64,000 nt of DNA from a virus. Taxonomy: Duplodnaviria > Caudoviricetes. The position numbers and the translations under genes were made by a program. The notes under the pieces are model-generated. The model ran no database searches. It was not told the origin of the DNA and was given only the letters and a program-made list of their open reading frames with translations. Where the stretch lies: positions 5,894 through 69,893 of IMG/VR virus record IMGVR_UViG_3300037311_000222. The stretch is one strand, 5' to 3'. The stretch's first letter is position 1, and each line of letters opens with the position of its first letter. Shown here in pieces: positions 25,581 through 35,400 of this stretch.

Positions 25581-25597
25581 TTAACAAATATAGATAG
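25581..25597 (+). promoter_or_regulatory. putative phage late promoter motif, copy 5
   Basis: TTAACAAATATAGATAG at start of tail operon. Confidence 0.7.
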
Positions 25598-25615
25598 CAC
25601 AAATCAGGGAGATTC

Positions 25616-26092
25616 ATGCCTAAAACTCTTATAGTAAATAACACCCCGTATGAATACCCCACCGAGGGGGATGCACCAGGCTGGGGAGCTAACGCTACGG
25701 GCTGGGCTGAGGCTGTTACTGGGGTTTTAAGTAATTTACAAGGCCCAAACGACGTCCTTGAAACGTCTTTTTCTATCGCAAATAATCAAACAATTGCGTC
25801 TAATATCACAGGTTTAGCGTTTAATGCTGGGGCTGTTAGAGCGGCTAGGATTATTTATAGTATATTTCGGGTGTCTTTTACAACGCCTTCAGGTAACGCA
25901 GAGTCCGGCGTTTTTGACATAGTTTACGATAATGCCGCTGGTTGGCAGCTCGCTCAAGGTGACACGGTGGGTAACGCTGGGTGTCTTTTTAGCATCACTT
26001 CGGCGGGTCAATTTCAATATACGTCTAATGATATCGGTAGTTTAAATTACATTGGTGAAATGCGTTTTTACGCTAAATCTATTCAACAATAA
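25616..26092 (+). CDS. tail-associated protein, paralogous to C-terminal domain of 28521..30227
   Basis: ETSFSIANN...NITGLAF...VRA...FSITSAGQFQYTS vs ETAFVMANN...NVTGFVF...VRS...FSITTAGQIQYTS. Confidence 0.7.
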   Translation: MPKTLIVNNTPYEYPTEGDAPGWGANATGWAEAVTGVLSNLQGPNDVLETSFSIANNQTIASNITGLAFNAGAVRAARIIYSIFRVSFTTPSGNAESGVFDIVYDNAAGWQLAQGDTVGNAGCLFSITSAGQFQYTSNDIGSLNYIGEMRFYAKSIQQ

Positions 26093-26105
26093 ATAGAAGG
26101 TTTTA

Positions 26106-27905
26106 ATGGCAACAAGTCCTAAAGGTTTTGTAAAGGGTATAGCGGTTCAAAACGAAACGGTAAGATCTAAACAACTTATTGTTGATGTTAGTAACTCTGC
26201 TGCTGCTGCTACAAGTACCACTCTTTTAGCAAACCAAAGTGCTAATAGAACACTAACACTTCCTGATGTTACCGGTACTTTAACAGAGAATGCTGCTACT
26301 CAGACTCTTACCAATAAGACAATAAGCGGAGCGTTTAACACTTTATCTAACATTCCCGTTTCTGCTATCTCAACGTCTGTCTCTGACGCAAATCGTTTTA
26401 TTGCTAGAGACGGAGCAGGGGTAGTTGTTTCTGTAAACACTGTGCCCGCTGGTACTGTGGTGGGTACTAGCGACACGCAGACTCTCACGAATAAAACAAT
26501 AAGTGGAGCTAGCAACACAATTACAAACGTTGCGGCTTCTAACGTTGTCGTTACTCCCACTGGTAACTTAACATCAACTAACGGTCAAGCAGCGCTAGTT
26601 GAGCTTCAAACCGACATTGATGCTCTTAACTCTGATAAAGTATCTGGTCCTGCGTCTAGCGTAGATAACTCAATTCCACGCTATGACGGCACTACCGGTA
26701 AGATTGTAAAAGCCTCTGGTGTTGTAGTTGATAACAGCAACAACGTTACTGGTGTAAACGACCTGGTTGTTAATGGTGACCTTACTGTTAATGGTACTAC
26801 AACTACAGTAAACAGCAACGTTTTAGATGTTGTTGATAAAAACATTACAGTAAATAAAGGCGGTTCAGACGTAGTTTCTGAAGGTTCCGGTCTTACAGTT
26901 GATAGAGTAGGCACGAAAGGTAGCATTGTTTATGCTAACGCGGCTACTTCTAAATTTAGAGTAGGTAATTTGGGCAGTGAGGTGGAAATTGCCGACATTT
27001 CCTCTAATCAGGTTATTACCAATAAAGACATCGATGGCGGTATAGCGAGCAATCTCTCTCGTATTACTGTCCCTAAAAACACTCTTTCTAACTTAACTAC
27101 TTTGACTCGTAAACAGGGTACAATCGTTTATGCTACTGACACCAATAAAGTATATTCAGATACCGGGTCTAGTTTAGTTGAAATTGGTATTTCTGCATCA
27201 TCCCCAGTTTTAACGGTATCTTCTACTTATGTAGCTGTTGTTAGCGATGAAGTTATTTTGTGCGATGCTTCAGGCGGCGCTTTTACTGTAACTCTTTTTA
27301 CTGCAGCTGGTAATACCGGTAAAAGAATTAGAATTAAAAAAATTGACAGCACTTTTAACAGAATTACAATTGATGCTAATGCTTCAGAAACAATTGACGG
27401 TGCTTTAGTTAGAAGACTAGCTACTCAAGATGAATATGTTACCATTATTAGCGATGGTGCTAATTGGAGAGTAGAAGAGCGTTATGTAGATAGTTCAGTT
27501 AAGACATTTACTCCTAGCGGTTCCTTTACTACAAACACTACGTATACAGGATCTTATTGGAGAGATAACGAATTAGCTTATGTTCAAATTAGATTATCGT
27601 TTTCTGGAGTACCTAATTCTACCGTTTTATCAAACGTAACTTGTCTACCTAGCGGTTTGACGATGAATACGGCAATAATGCCTTCCGTTTATCTAGGGAA
27701 CTGCTGGTCTTCTGATTTTGGAGTAAACATATTTCCGGGATTAAATAGTATTATTTCATCCACTACTATACAGCCAACCGTATATGCTTCTGGCGGTACG
27801 TACACGTCGACCAATCCTATTGACCAAGCTACGCCTATATCGTTTAATACCGCAGATGCTATCTTAATAGAATTTACAGCAGCTATAACTGAGTGGGTTT
27901 TTTAA
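26106..27905 (+). CDS. tail fibre protein
   Basis: Repeated TQTLTNKTISG, T/S/N/V-rich, VILCDASGGAFTVTL module. Confidence 0.75.
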   Translation: MATSPKGFVKGIAVQNETVRSKQLIVDVSNSAAAATSTTLLANQSANRTLTLPDVTGTLTENAATQTLTNKTISGAFNTLSNIPVSAISTSVSDANRFIARDGAGVVVSVNTVPAGTVVGTSDTQTLTNKTISGASNTITNVAASNVVVTPTGNLTSTNGQAALVELQTDIDALNSDKVSGPASSVDNSIPRYDGTTGKIVKASGVVVDNSNNVTGVNDLVVNGDLTVNGTTTTVNSNVLDVVDKNITVNKGGSDVVSEGSGLTVDRVGTKGSIVYANAATSKFRVGNLGSEVEIADISSNQVITNKDIDGGIASNLSRITVPKNTLSNLTTLTRKQGTIVYATDTNKVYSDTGSSLVEIGISASSPVLTVSSTYVAVVSDEVILCDASGGAFTVTLFTAAGNTGKRIRIKKIDSTFNRITIDANASETIDGALVRRLATQDEYVTIISDGANWRVEERYVDSSVKTFTPSGSFTTNTTYTGSYWRDNELAYVQIRLSFSGVPNSTVLSNVTCLPSGLTMNTAIMPSVYLGNCWSSDFGVNIFPGLNSIISSTTIQPTVYASGGTYTSTNPIDQATPISFNTADAILIEFTAAITEWVF

Positions 27906-28192
27906 TGGCAGCAATTAAAGAAATTAACGGTATGGTGAGTTTAGATGCGGACCAAGTAATTCGGTCCACAGCTGACGTTACTTCGGATGGACAATTAGTT
28001 CAAAAAGTAGTTAACGTTGGTGGCGTTTTTGTTCCTGCGGTGTTTGATGGTATCGAGTTAACATACGTAACTGTTGGTAACGGTATTGGTGAAATTGCGA
28101 CAGTAACTTATAAACTTGGTAGTATAAATTTAAATACATTAACGTTAGGGTATGATTCTAGTAACCGACTTATTAGTGTGGTAAAAAGTTAA
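27893..28192 (+). CDS. tail-associated protein (start probably 27905)
   Basis: Coupled between fibre genes. Confidence 0.6.
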   Translation: MGFLMAAIKEINGMVSLDADQVIRSTADVTSDGQLVQKVVNVGGVFVPAVFDGIELTYVTVGNGIGEIATVTYKLGSINLNTLTLGYDSSNRLISVVKS

Positions 28193-28512
28193 TGGGCGTA
28201 ATTTTTAATATTTTTACGGGAAATTTTGATTTTACAAGCGGAACGCAGACGCCTAACTTTGTCCAATTGTTTAATGCCACTGGTGACTGGGGTACGCCGT
28301 CTGGTGGGTTTTATTCTTTGCAAGTTCTAGCAACAGCCCACGGTAAAGGTTTAAACACAATTGTTCAGGTGTATGAACTAAATAGCGGTAATTACGATTT
28401 GATAGATACAATTACTTTTGTTAACAGTATTACTGGGAACATTACAATTAGAACCCTACAAACTCCCGACACTAGATTTGCTGGAAAAATAGTTATTTCT
28501 GAAAACAATTAA
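28192..28512 (+). CDS. tail-associated protein
   Basis: Coupled ORF in tail operon. Confidence 0.6.
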   Translation: MGVIFNIFTGNFDFTSGTQTPNFVQLFNATGDWGTPSGGFYSLQVLATAHGKGLNTIVQVYELNSGNYDLIDTITFVNSITGNITIRTLQTPDTRFAGKIVISENN

Positions 28513-28520
28513 GGAATAAA

Positions 28521-30227
28521 ATGTCAAGCAACTTAAGTAAATTTAGAACAGGGATAAGTGTTAGCGGTGTAGCTACTGTTAATTCTGATATAGTTACTAC
28601 AAATACAGCTGCTCAAACCCTCACTAATAAAACTATTAATGCTGACCTTAATGTTATTAGTAATATTGATAATGACGAAATTAAAATAAACGCCGCTATT
28701 GATGCTACTAAAATTGCTAACGGTATTGTTAATAATAATGAGTTTCAACGCTTAGATGGTGTTACTTCTGACATCCAGCCTCAAATAGACGCTAAGCAAA
28801 GTTTATCAGAAAAAGGCGTTGCTAACGGGTATGCACCACTCGATGGTAGTAGCAAAGTTCCCGTAGCGTTTTTACCTTCTGCTGTGATGACATACGAAGG
28901 TGTTTGGAATGCTAGTACAAATACTCCCTCTCTTGCTGACGGCGTTGGTGACACTGGTATGGTTTACCGAGTAGGCGTAGCTGGTACCCAATTCACTCCG
29001 CCTGTTAGTTTTAATGTGGGTGACTATGCTATTTACAATGGTACTAAATGGGAAAAATCAGATACAACAGATGCGGTAGACTCCGTTAACGGTATTACGG
29101 GAACCGTAGTTCTTACTACTTCAAATATTAACGAGGGAACTAATCTTTATTTTACTGACGAAAGAGCCCAGGATGCGGTGGGGTCGATTTTAAACCCTAC
29201 AGCTACTGTAGTGTTTACTTATGACGACGCTGCTAACAGTATTAACGCAAACGTTCCTGATGCTGGTATTACTAACGTTAAAATAGCTAGTGGGATAGAT
29301 GCTTCTAAGATTAGCGGGGGAGTAGTTAGTAACGCTGAGTTTGATTTTCTTAATGGCGTTACATCTTCGGTTCAAACTCAATTAAATAATAAAGCAGACA
29401 GCACTCTTAACAATCTTGGGGTTACTGCTATAAACGCTGACTTGTTAGCCGCACTACCTTCAACTATTAATATAGGAAGCCCAACGAATAGATTTAGCGG
29501 AGTTAATGCAAACACGGTAAGTGCATACTCTTCGTTTAGTGTTTTAAATTCCGGGGGGGGTGGACGAGGACAAGTGCTTTCTGATGACATTTCGCCGTCA
29601 GGAACAAGTTTAGCGGTTGCGCTTCGTAATACTAACCCTTTCGGTAACATTGCTATTTACACTCAAGACAGTAGTTCCACCGGTCAGGTTAGAGTAGAAA
29701 CCGGCAATGCTTCCTCTGGAGCTTCTGGTGATGTGGTATTACGCACCGGTACAGCTACTGCTACTCGTGGTCAGGTTGTAATTAATGCCCGCCAGCTAGA
29801 CATGGGTAACGTAAGAATCGTTAGCCTTCAAGACCCAGTTAACAATCAAGACGCGGCTACTAAACTATTTGTAGAAAATCTTAACCGATCTTCGGTTAAC
29901 GACATTAAAGAAACCGCTTTTGTAATGGCTAATAACGTAGCGAGTCCAACTAATGTTACTGGGTTTGTTTTTCCAAACGCATTAGTGAGAAGTTTTAATG
30001 CACTAGTTTCAATTGCTGTGTCTGCATCAACTCCTTTGTTTGAAGCTTTTGTAATTACCGGGGTACAAGTTGGAGCAGATTGGGTTATTGACACTAGTTC
30101 TACAGGAAATAACAGTCAGGTAGGGTTTAGTATTACTACAGCTGGTCAGATTCAGTACACCAGTGGTAACTACCCCGGGTTTACATCAGCTACAATGCGT
30201 TTTAGAGCAATTACCACACAAGTATAA
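28521..30227 (+). CDS. tail fibre protein
   Basis: QTLTNKTI, GVANGYAPLDGSSKVP, VDSVNGITGTVVL, NLYFTDERAQDAVG fibre motifs. Confidence 0.75.
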   Translation: MSSNLSKFRTGISVSGVATVNSDIVTTNTAAQTLTNKTINADLNVISNIDNDEIKINAAIDATKIANGIVNNNEFQRLDGVTSDIQPQIDAKQSLSEKGVANGYAPLDGSSKVPVAFLPSAVMTYEGVWNASTNTPSLADGVGDTGMVYRVGVAGTQFTPPVSFNVGDYAIYNGTKWEKSDTTDAVDSVNGITGTVVLTTSNINEGTNLYFTDERAQDAVGSILNPTATVVFTYDDAANSINANVPDAGITNVKIASGIDASKISGGVVSNAEFDFLNGVTSSVQTQLNNKADSTLNNLGVTAINADLLAALPSTINIGSPTNRFSGVNANTVSAYSSFSVLNSGGGGRGQVLSDDISPSGTSLAVALRNTNPFGNIAIYTQDSSSTGQVRVETGNASSGASGDVVLRTGTATATRGQVVINARQLDMGNVRIVSLQDPVNNQDAATKLFVENLNRSSVNDIKETAFVMANNVASPTNVTGFVFPNALVRSFNALVSIAVSASTPLFEAFVITGVQVGADWVIDTSSTGNNSQVGFSITTAGQIQYTSGNYPGFTSATMRFRAITTQV

Positions 30228-30237
30228 CGGAGATTAA

Positions 30238-30693
30238 ATGGAATCAAAACTCACTGCCATAGAAATGCAAAGACACGCATACGACGAAACTTCGCAAGCG
30301 GTGCGCTCTAAACTCGTTGACACGTCTTTTTCTATTGAATTAGACCATCAAGATGGTGACAGCGTGACTTCTCACAAACCAAAATTATTTATTAGCGCTC
30401 TAGAGGTTCAAAATGAAGAAGTTGTTATACCCGAACAAGCGTGTTCGCACATTAGTAAATTTTCTTTATACATCAATCCAAAATCAACATTCTCTGGTAA
30501 AATAAGTGTATTAGTTAGTCCTACTTTAAATGATAGTTTTTTTGTAGAACATAGCGTTTTTAATGTCAATTCTTTAGAAAAAAGTGCTATGATAGTAAAT
30601 AGTGTGGGCATTCTAGCACAGCGAGTAAAGGTTGTTGTTTCTGAATGCTCACCTGAAGTTGTTTTTGATTTACATTTAGTGGGTCAAGGGTAA
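30238..30693 (+). CDS. hypothetical structural protein
   Basis: SD CGGAG; in tail operon. Confidence 0.65.
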   Translation: MESKLTAIEMQRHAYDETSQAVRSKLVDTSFSIELDHQDGDSVTSHKPKLFISALEVQNEEVVIPEQACSHISKFSLYINPKSTFSGKISVLVSPTLNDSFFVEHSVFNVNSLEKSAMIVNSVGILAQRVKVVVSECSPEVVFDLHLVGQG

Positions 30694-30694
30694 T

Positions 30695-31204
30695 ATGGCA
30701 AGAATTAATATCGGCGAAAGCGTGTCATTAGAATTAGCTGTTCCTGAAAAAAAACAAGAGCAAATAGTAAGAGAAATAAAAGTCGAGTTTGACTACTCTA
30801 AGGTTGAGCCGCATTTGGTTGCTCTTGAGGCTAAGATCGATGAGCGCGTGAACAACCTTTCTAAAAAAATTGATGAATTGCCTATTCAACAAGTTATTGA
30901 AACAAAACAAATTCTTCCCACCGAAACTAAAGTAGTGAATATTGTTACTCACGACAAAGAGGATATTAAGACGCTCGAAAGTGAATTAAAAGATATTTAT
31001 GACGAGTTAAAGAGCGATGTTCATAGTTTTTATAAAATAAACGAAGATTTACATCAATTAATTAGAAGTGTTGATAAATCTGACGAGCTTAGTAGCGTCG
31101 GTTTGGTTGTAAAAGAATTAAAACATGATTTAAATAAATTAAAAAAACAAAATAAATTGCTAATGTTTGTTACTTTAGCAGTTGTCATATTAAATCTATT
31201 ATAG
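30695..31204 (+). CDS. coiled-coil protein with C-terminal TM
   Basis: Ends LLMFVTLAVVILNLL. Confidence 0.65.
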   Translation: MARINIGESVSLELAVPEKKQEQIVREIKVEFDYSKVEPHLVALEAKIDERVNNLSKKIDELPIQQVIETKQILPTETKVVNIVTHDKEDIKTLESELKDIYDELKSDVHSFYKINEDLHQLIRSVDKSDELSSVGLVVKELKHDLNKLKKQNKLLMFVTLAVVILNLL

Positions 31205-31212
31205 GAGTAAAA

Positions 31213-31473
31213 ATGAAAGATTTGATGGATATGTTAATGAAGAAAAAAGGTCAGCCGCAAAGAGTTGACGCTACTGAAAAGATGGCAAAGATGCAGGCTG
31301 TAAAAGAACTTATCACTATGCTTGAAGGTATGATGGGTGAGGAAGTTGACGGCGGAATGATGAAAAAAGTCACCGTAGCAGCTCCTGACGACGAAAGCCT
31401 TGAGATGGGCTTAGAAAAAGCTAAAGAAGTAGTTTCTGAGATGCCCGATGAGGACGAAGAAGACTACGAATAA
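31213..31473 (+). CDS. small acidic Met-rich protein
   Basis: SD TAGGAG; clean ORF. Confidence 0.7.
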   Translation: MKDLMDMLMKKKGQPQRVDATEKMAKMQAVKELITMLEGMMGEEVDGGMMKKVTVAAPDDESLEMGLEKAKEVVSEMPDEDEEDYE

Positions 31474-31485
31474 TTGAGGTGTTAA

Positions 31486-32433
31486 ATGTCAGATGTTTTG
31501 ACTTCTAACTCTCTGGTTTCGTCTATAAAAAGACGGGCGCACGTTCCTGAAAATCAAAGTACGTTTAACTTTAATGATTTTTTGGAGTTTGCTAACGAAG
31601 AATTGCGTTTAGCTTTGGTTCCTTCTTTAATGTCTTTAAACGAAGATTTTCTTCTTTTTGAGCAAGAAGTGGATTTGGTTCCAAATAAAAACGAATATAC
31701 AATTCCTTCTAGAGCAGTTGGTAATAAATTAAGAGACGTTCAAAAGAAATTTGTCGAGGGTAGCTACGGCGAGATGACGCGTATTTCTATTGGGGAACGT
31801 TTTGCAGATAGCAATGATGGCTATAGTCAAAACTCGTTAAGTACCTTTTATGTAAAAAATAATAAGGTCGTATTACAGGGAAGCAATAGCTATACAGGTA
31901 AGCTTGTTTTTATTTACTACATAAAACCATCTCGATTGGTAGCTGAAAATCGTATTGGTGTTATAAAAGGCATTAATCGAGCAACCGGCGAAATTGTTTT
32001 AGACAAAATTCCTTCTGTTTTTAATACTAACGCTAAATATGATTTATATAAATCGGATTCTCCTAACAGTATTTTAAAGATAGATTTGTCTTTAGCTTCT
32101 ATAAACACTTCTACCTTAACTGTTATTTTTAACGCTAGTGAAATATCAGAAGAAGTTCAAATTGGCGACCATGTTAGTTTAGCTGGTGAATGTATAATTC
32201 CTCAGGTTCCTTCTGATATACACCCAATGCTTGCTCAGTTAGTTGCTTGTCGAGTATTAGAGTCGCAAGGTGATACCGAAGGTTTGCAAAACGCTTTACT
32301 AAAGTTAAAGCAAATGCAAGATGCTTCTGGGATTATTTTAGACAACCGAGTTGAGGAAGCTCCACAGAAAATAGTAAATAGACACGGAACAATGCGTTCT
32401 GCCGTTTTCTCTAAAAGATATAACCGACGATAG
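31486..32433 (+). CDS. putative head-tail adaptor (tail tubular protein A-like)
   Basis: Position before the large tail gene; helical N-terminus plus EYTIPS...LRDV pattern of connectors. Confidence 0.5.
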   Translation: MSDVLTSNSLVSSIKRRAHVPENQSTFNFNDFLEFANEELRLALVPSLMSLNEDFLLFEQEVDLVPNKNEYTIPSRAVGNKLRDVQKKFVEGSYGEMTRISIGERFADSNDGYSQNSLSTFYVKNNKVVLQGSNSYTGKLVFIYYIKPSRLVAENRIGVIKGINRATGEIVLDKIPSVFNTNAKYDLYKSDSPNSILKIDLSLASINTSTLTVIFNASEISEEVQIGDHVSLAGECIIPQVPSDIHPMLAQLVACRVLESQGDTEGLQNALLKLKQMQDASGIILDNRVEEAPQKIVNRHGTMRSAVFSKRYNRR

Positions 32434-32441
32434 GGTTTTTA

Positions 32442-35400
32442 ATGCAAAAAGTTTTGCTTCGTCATAAAGGTCTTTTTACAGACCCAAACCAACTGTCAGC
32501 AATACCCGAAGGAGCTTTAACCGAAGCTCAGAATGTGGTTATTGATAGAGAAGACATAGTTGAGCCTCGGCGAGGATTTAAACAGTTTGGTAACACTTTT
32601 GGTATTGGTACAGACAGAGCTAAGCAACTACTGACATATAAAGACCGCGTCTTAGTTCACTACACAAACAAACTTCTCTTTAATAGCAATCCGCATACAA
32701 GTTCCGCTGAAGGCAATTTTCTTCAATTTGATGGAAACTACTCAGAGTTAGAAGCCGGTAGAAGAATTAGATCAATTGAATCTAACAAAAACTTATACTT
32801 AACCACAAATACAGGTATTAAGAAAATATCAGCAAAAACAGCTGCTGATTTTACAACCTCAGCCGGTTTTATCGTTGACGCTGGCGTTCCTGAAGCACTA
32901 GATTTAACGGGAGAACTTGACTTTACCGTTGATGGTTTTTTACCTCCAAATAGTAAAGTTGCCTATCGAGTATTGTTTGGATATAAAGACAATAATAACA
33001 ACGTTATATTAGGTGCGCCAAGTAGTCGAATAGTTCTTACTAACTTTAGTAGTGACTCAGCTAATGTAAATCTACAATTTATCATTCCTCAAACTATCAC
33101 TAGTACATATTTTTATCAAGTGTATAGAACTCCGGTATTCACTGCCACAGCGGGAACAACTTTAGATTTGATTGACCCAGGTGATGATATGAACCTGGTA
33201 ATGGAGGATTTTCCTACTGCTGTCGAGCTTACAAACAAACTAGTATCGTTGACAGAGATTACACCAGAAGATTTTAGAGCTAATGGATTACCTCTTTACA
33301 CTAGTCCTAACGTCGGTGACGGGATAAGTTCTAGTAACACTCCTCCACCAAAAGCAAAAGACGTTACTCTATTTCAGAGTACTGCATTTTATTCTAACAC
33401 TGAAACTTCTGCTCAAACTACGCTTTCTTTGTTAAGCGTTGCTAATTTAATTAGCGGTATGTCTTCAATTACTATTCAGGGTACAACCCCTCAAACATAT
33501 ACTTTTTTTGGTACTAAAGAGTTGTCTAGATTCAATTTCACTGGCTACACTGGGACTATCCCTAGCGCACTAAATGGTAAGTATTTTTTATTTAATTCTT
33601 CTTCTAATAAAAGAAAATACTACGCTTGGTTTGATACAACTAAAACTACGCAAACTATAACTTTTACTAATTACGTCGGAGTAATTCCCGGTGATTTAGA
33701 TGGGAGATATTTTATATTAAATACTCCTAGCAAAAGAAAATATTACGTTTGGTATGACGCTACAGGAACAACTCAAGACCCTATATTTAATCCTGAAAAT
33801 ACAAACCTAAGTGGTTTACTTGGTATTAAGATTGACATTTTTTCTGGTGTAACTACTAAAATTCAATTAGCCTCTGCTACTAGTTTGGGTATTACTACAA
33901 ATAACGTTTTTAACGATTTTGATATAAACTACACTGCTGGTGATGATTTTTTGACAGTAGACACTGAGTCATTTGATGTTGCAGATCTTTCTTTGTTTGA
34001 AAACATACAAAAAGGTTTTCTTTTTACTATAAATACGCCAACTGACTTAAATCCTTCAAACGATTTACTTGTACATACTGACGTTGTAGGCCGAGCTGGG
34101 TTTAAGGTTAACATCAGCCGAGGTGTTACAACTTTACCACAATTAGCAGAAAAAACCGCTAACAGTATAAATGACCAAGACGAAGCCTTTGATTTTAATG
34201 TACTTTATACTTCGGGTAATTTATTTTTTGAGCTTGAAAATAACAACAATGGTAAAACCGACGACGCTGTAGACAGTTTAATTGATGGAGTTGGATTGGG
34301 GTTTGTTGTATCTGTTATAAACCAAGGTAACGGAGAAGACGCTACTCTCAAACAAGCCTTGTTGTCGGCTGCTCCTAGTCCTGCTCAACAGATTGACGAA
34401 ACTGCCCGTTCTTTAGTAAACGTTATAAACAAAAACCCATTAGAATCGGTTTATGCTTTTTATATTTCAGGACCGACAGACTTGCCTGGTCAGATAGTCT
34501 TTAAAGCCCGAACGATAAATGTTCCTAGTTTCTCATTAATTGCTAATAGCGGTGCTACTGGAGAAAGTTTTAATCCTTCCTTACCTCCAGCAGTCGGTGC
34601 CAATCCTGTTGTTGCAAACACTGAAATTAAACCCAATCGTATTTATTTTGCTAAGCTTCAACAACCTGAGTCTGTTCCTGCCTTGAATTTCATCGACATA
34701 GGACCAGAAGATAAAGAAATATCACGAATATTAGCTCTTAGAGAATCTTTATTTGTCTTGAAACGCGATGGAGTCTATCGTCTTACCGGGTTTAATGGGC
34801 AGTTTACAGTAGATTTGTTCGATGGGTCTACTAAAATTTTATCACCAGATTCTGCTGTTGTGCTAAATAACCAAATCTTCTGTTTAACCAATCAGGGCGT
34901 TGTTCAAATTTCTGACACAGGAGTTCGTGTTATTTCTGACCCTATTGACACGGTAATAACTACTTTAACTAGCAGTTCTTTTAATTTCAGATTTACAACT
35001 TTTGGCGTTAGTTACGAAACAGATCGAGCTTACGTATTATGGACTATAAAAAATACAACAGACAACGTTGCTACTCAAGCTTTCAGGTATAACACTAAAA
35101 CAGAAACGTGGACTATCTATTGTACCGATAGTAAAACATGCGGTTTGGTTAACGATCTAGACGACAGGCTTTATTTAGGTGCTGGTGATATAAATTTTGT
35201 TGAACAAGAGCGGAAAATGTTCAATAGGACGGACGCGGCTGATAGAGAGTATTCCGTTTCAATACCCGAACTAAGTGTTGTTAACGAGGAAATAACTTTA
35301 TCTTCTAGTCAAAACGTGCAAGTAGGCGACGCTCTTTTACAAACTCAATATCTTACTATTTCACAATACAATCAACTTTTGAAGAAAATAGACTTAGACC

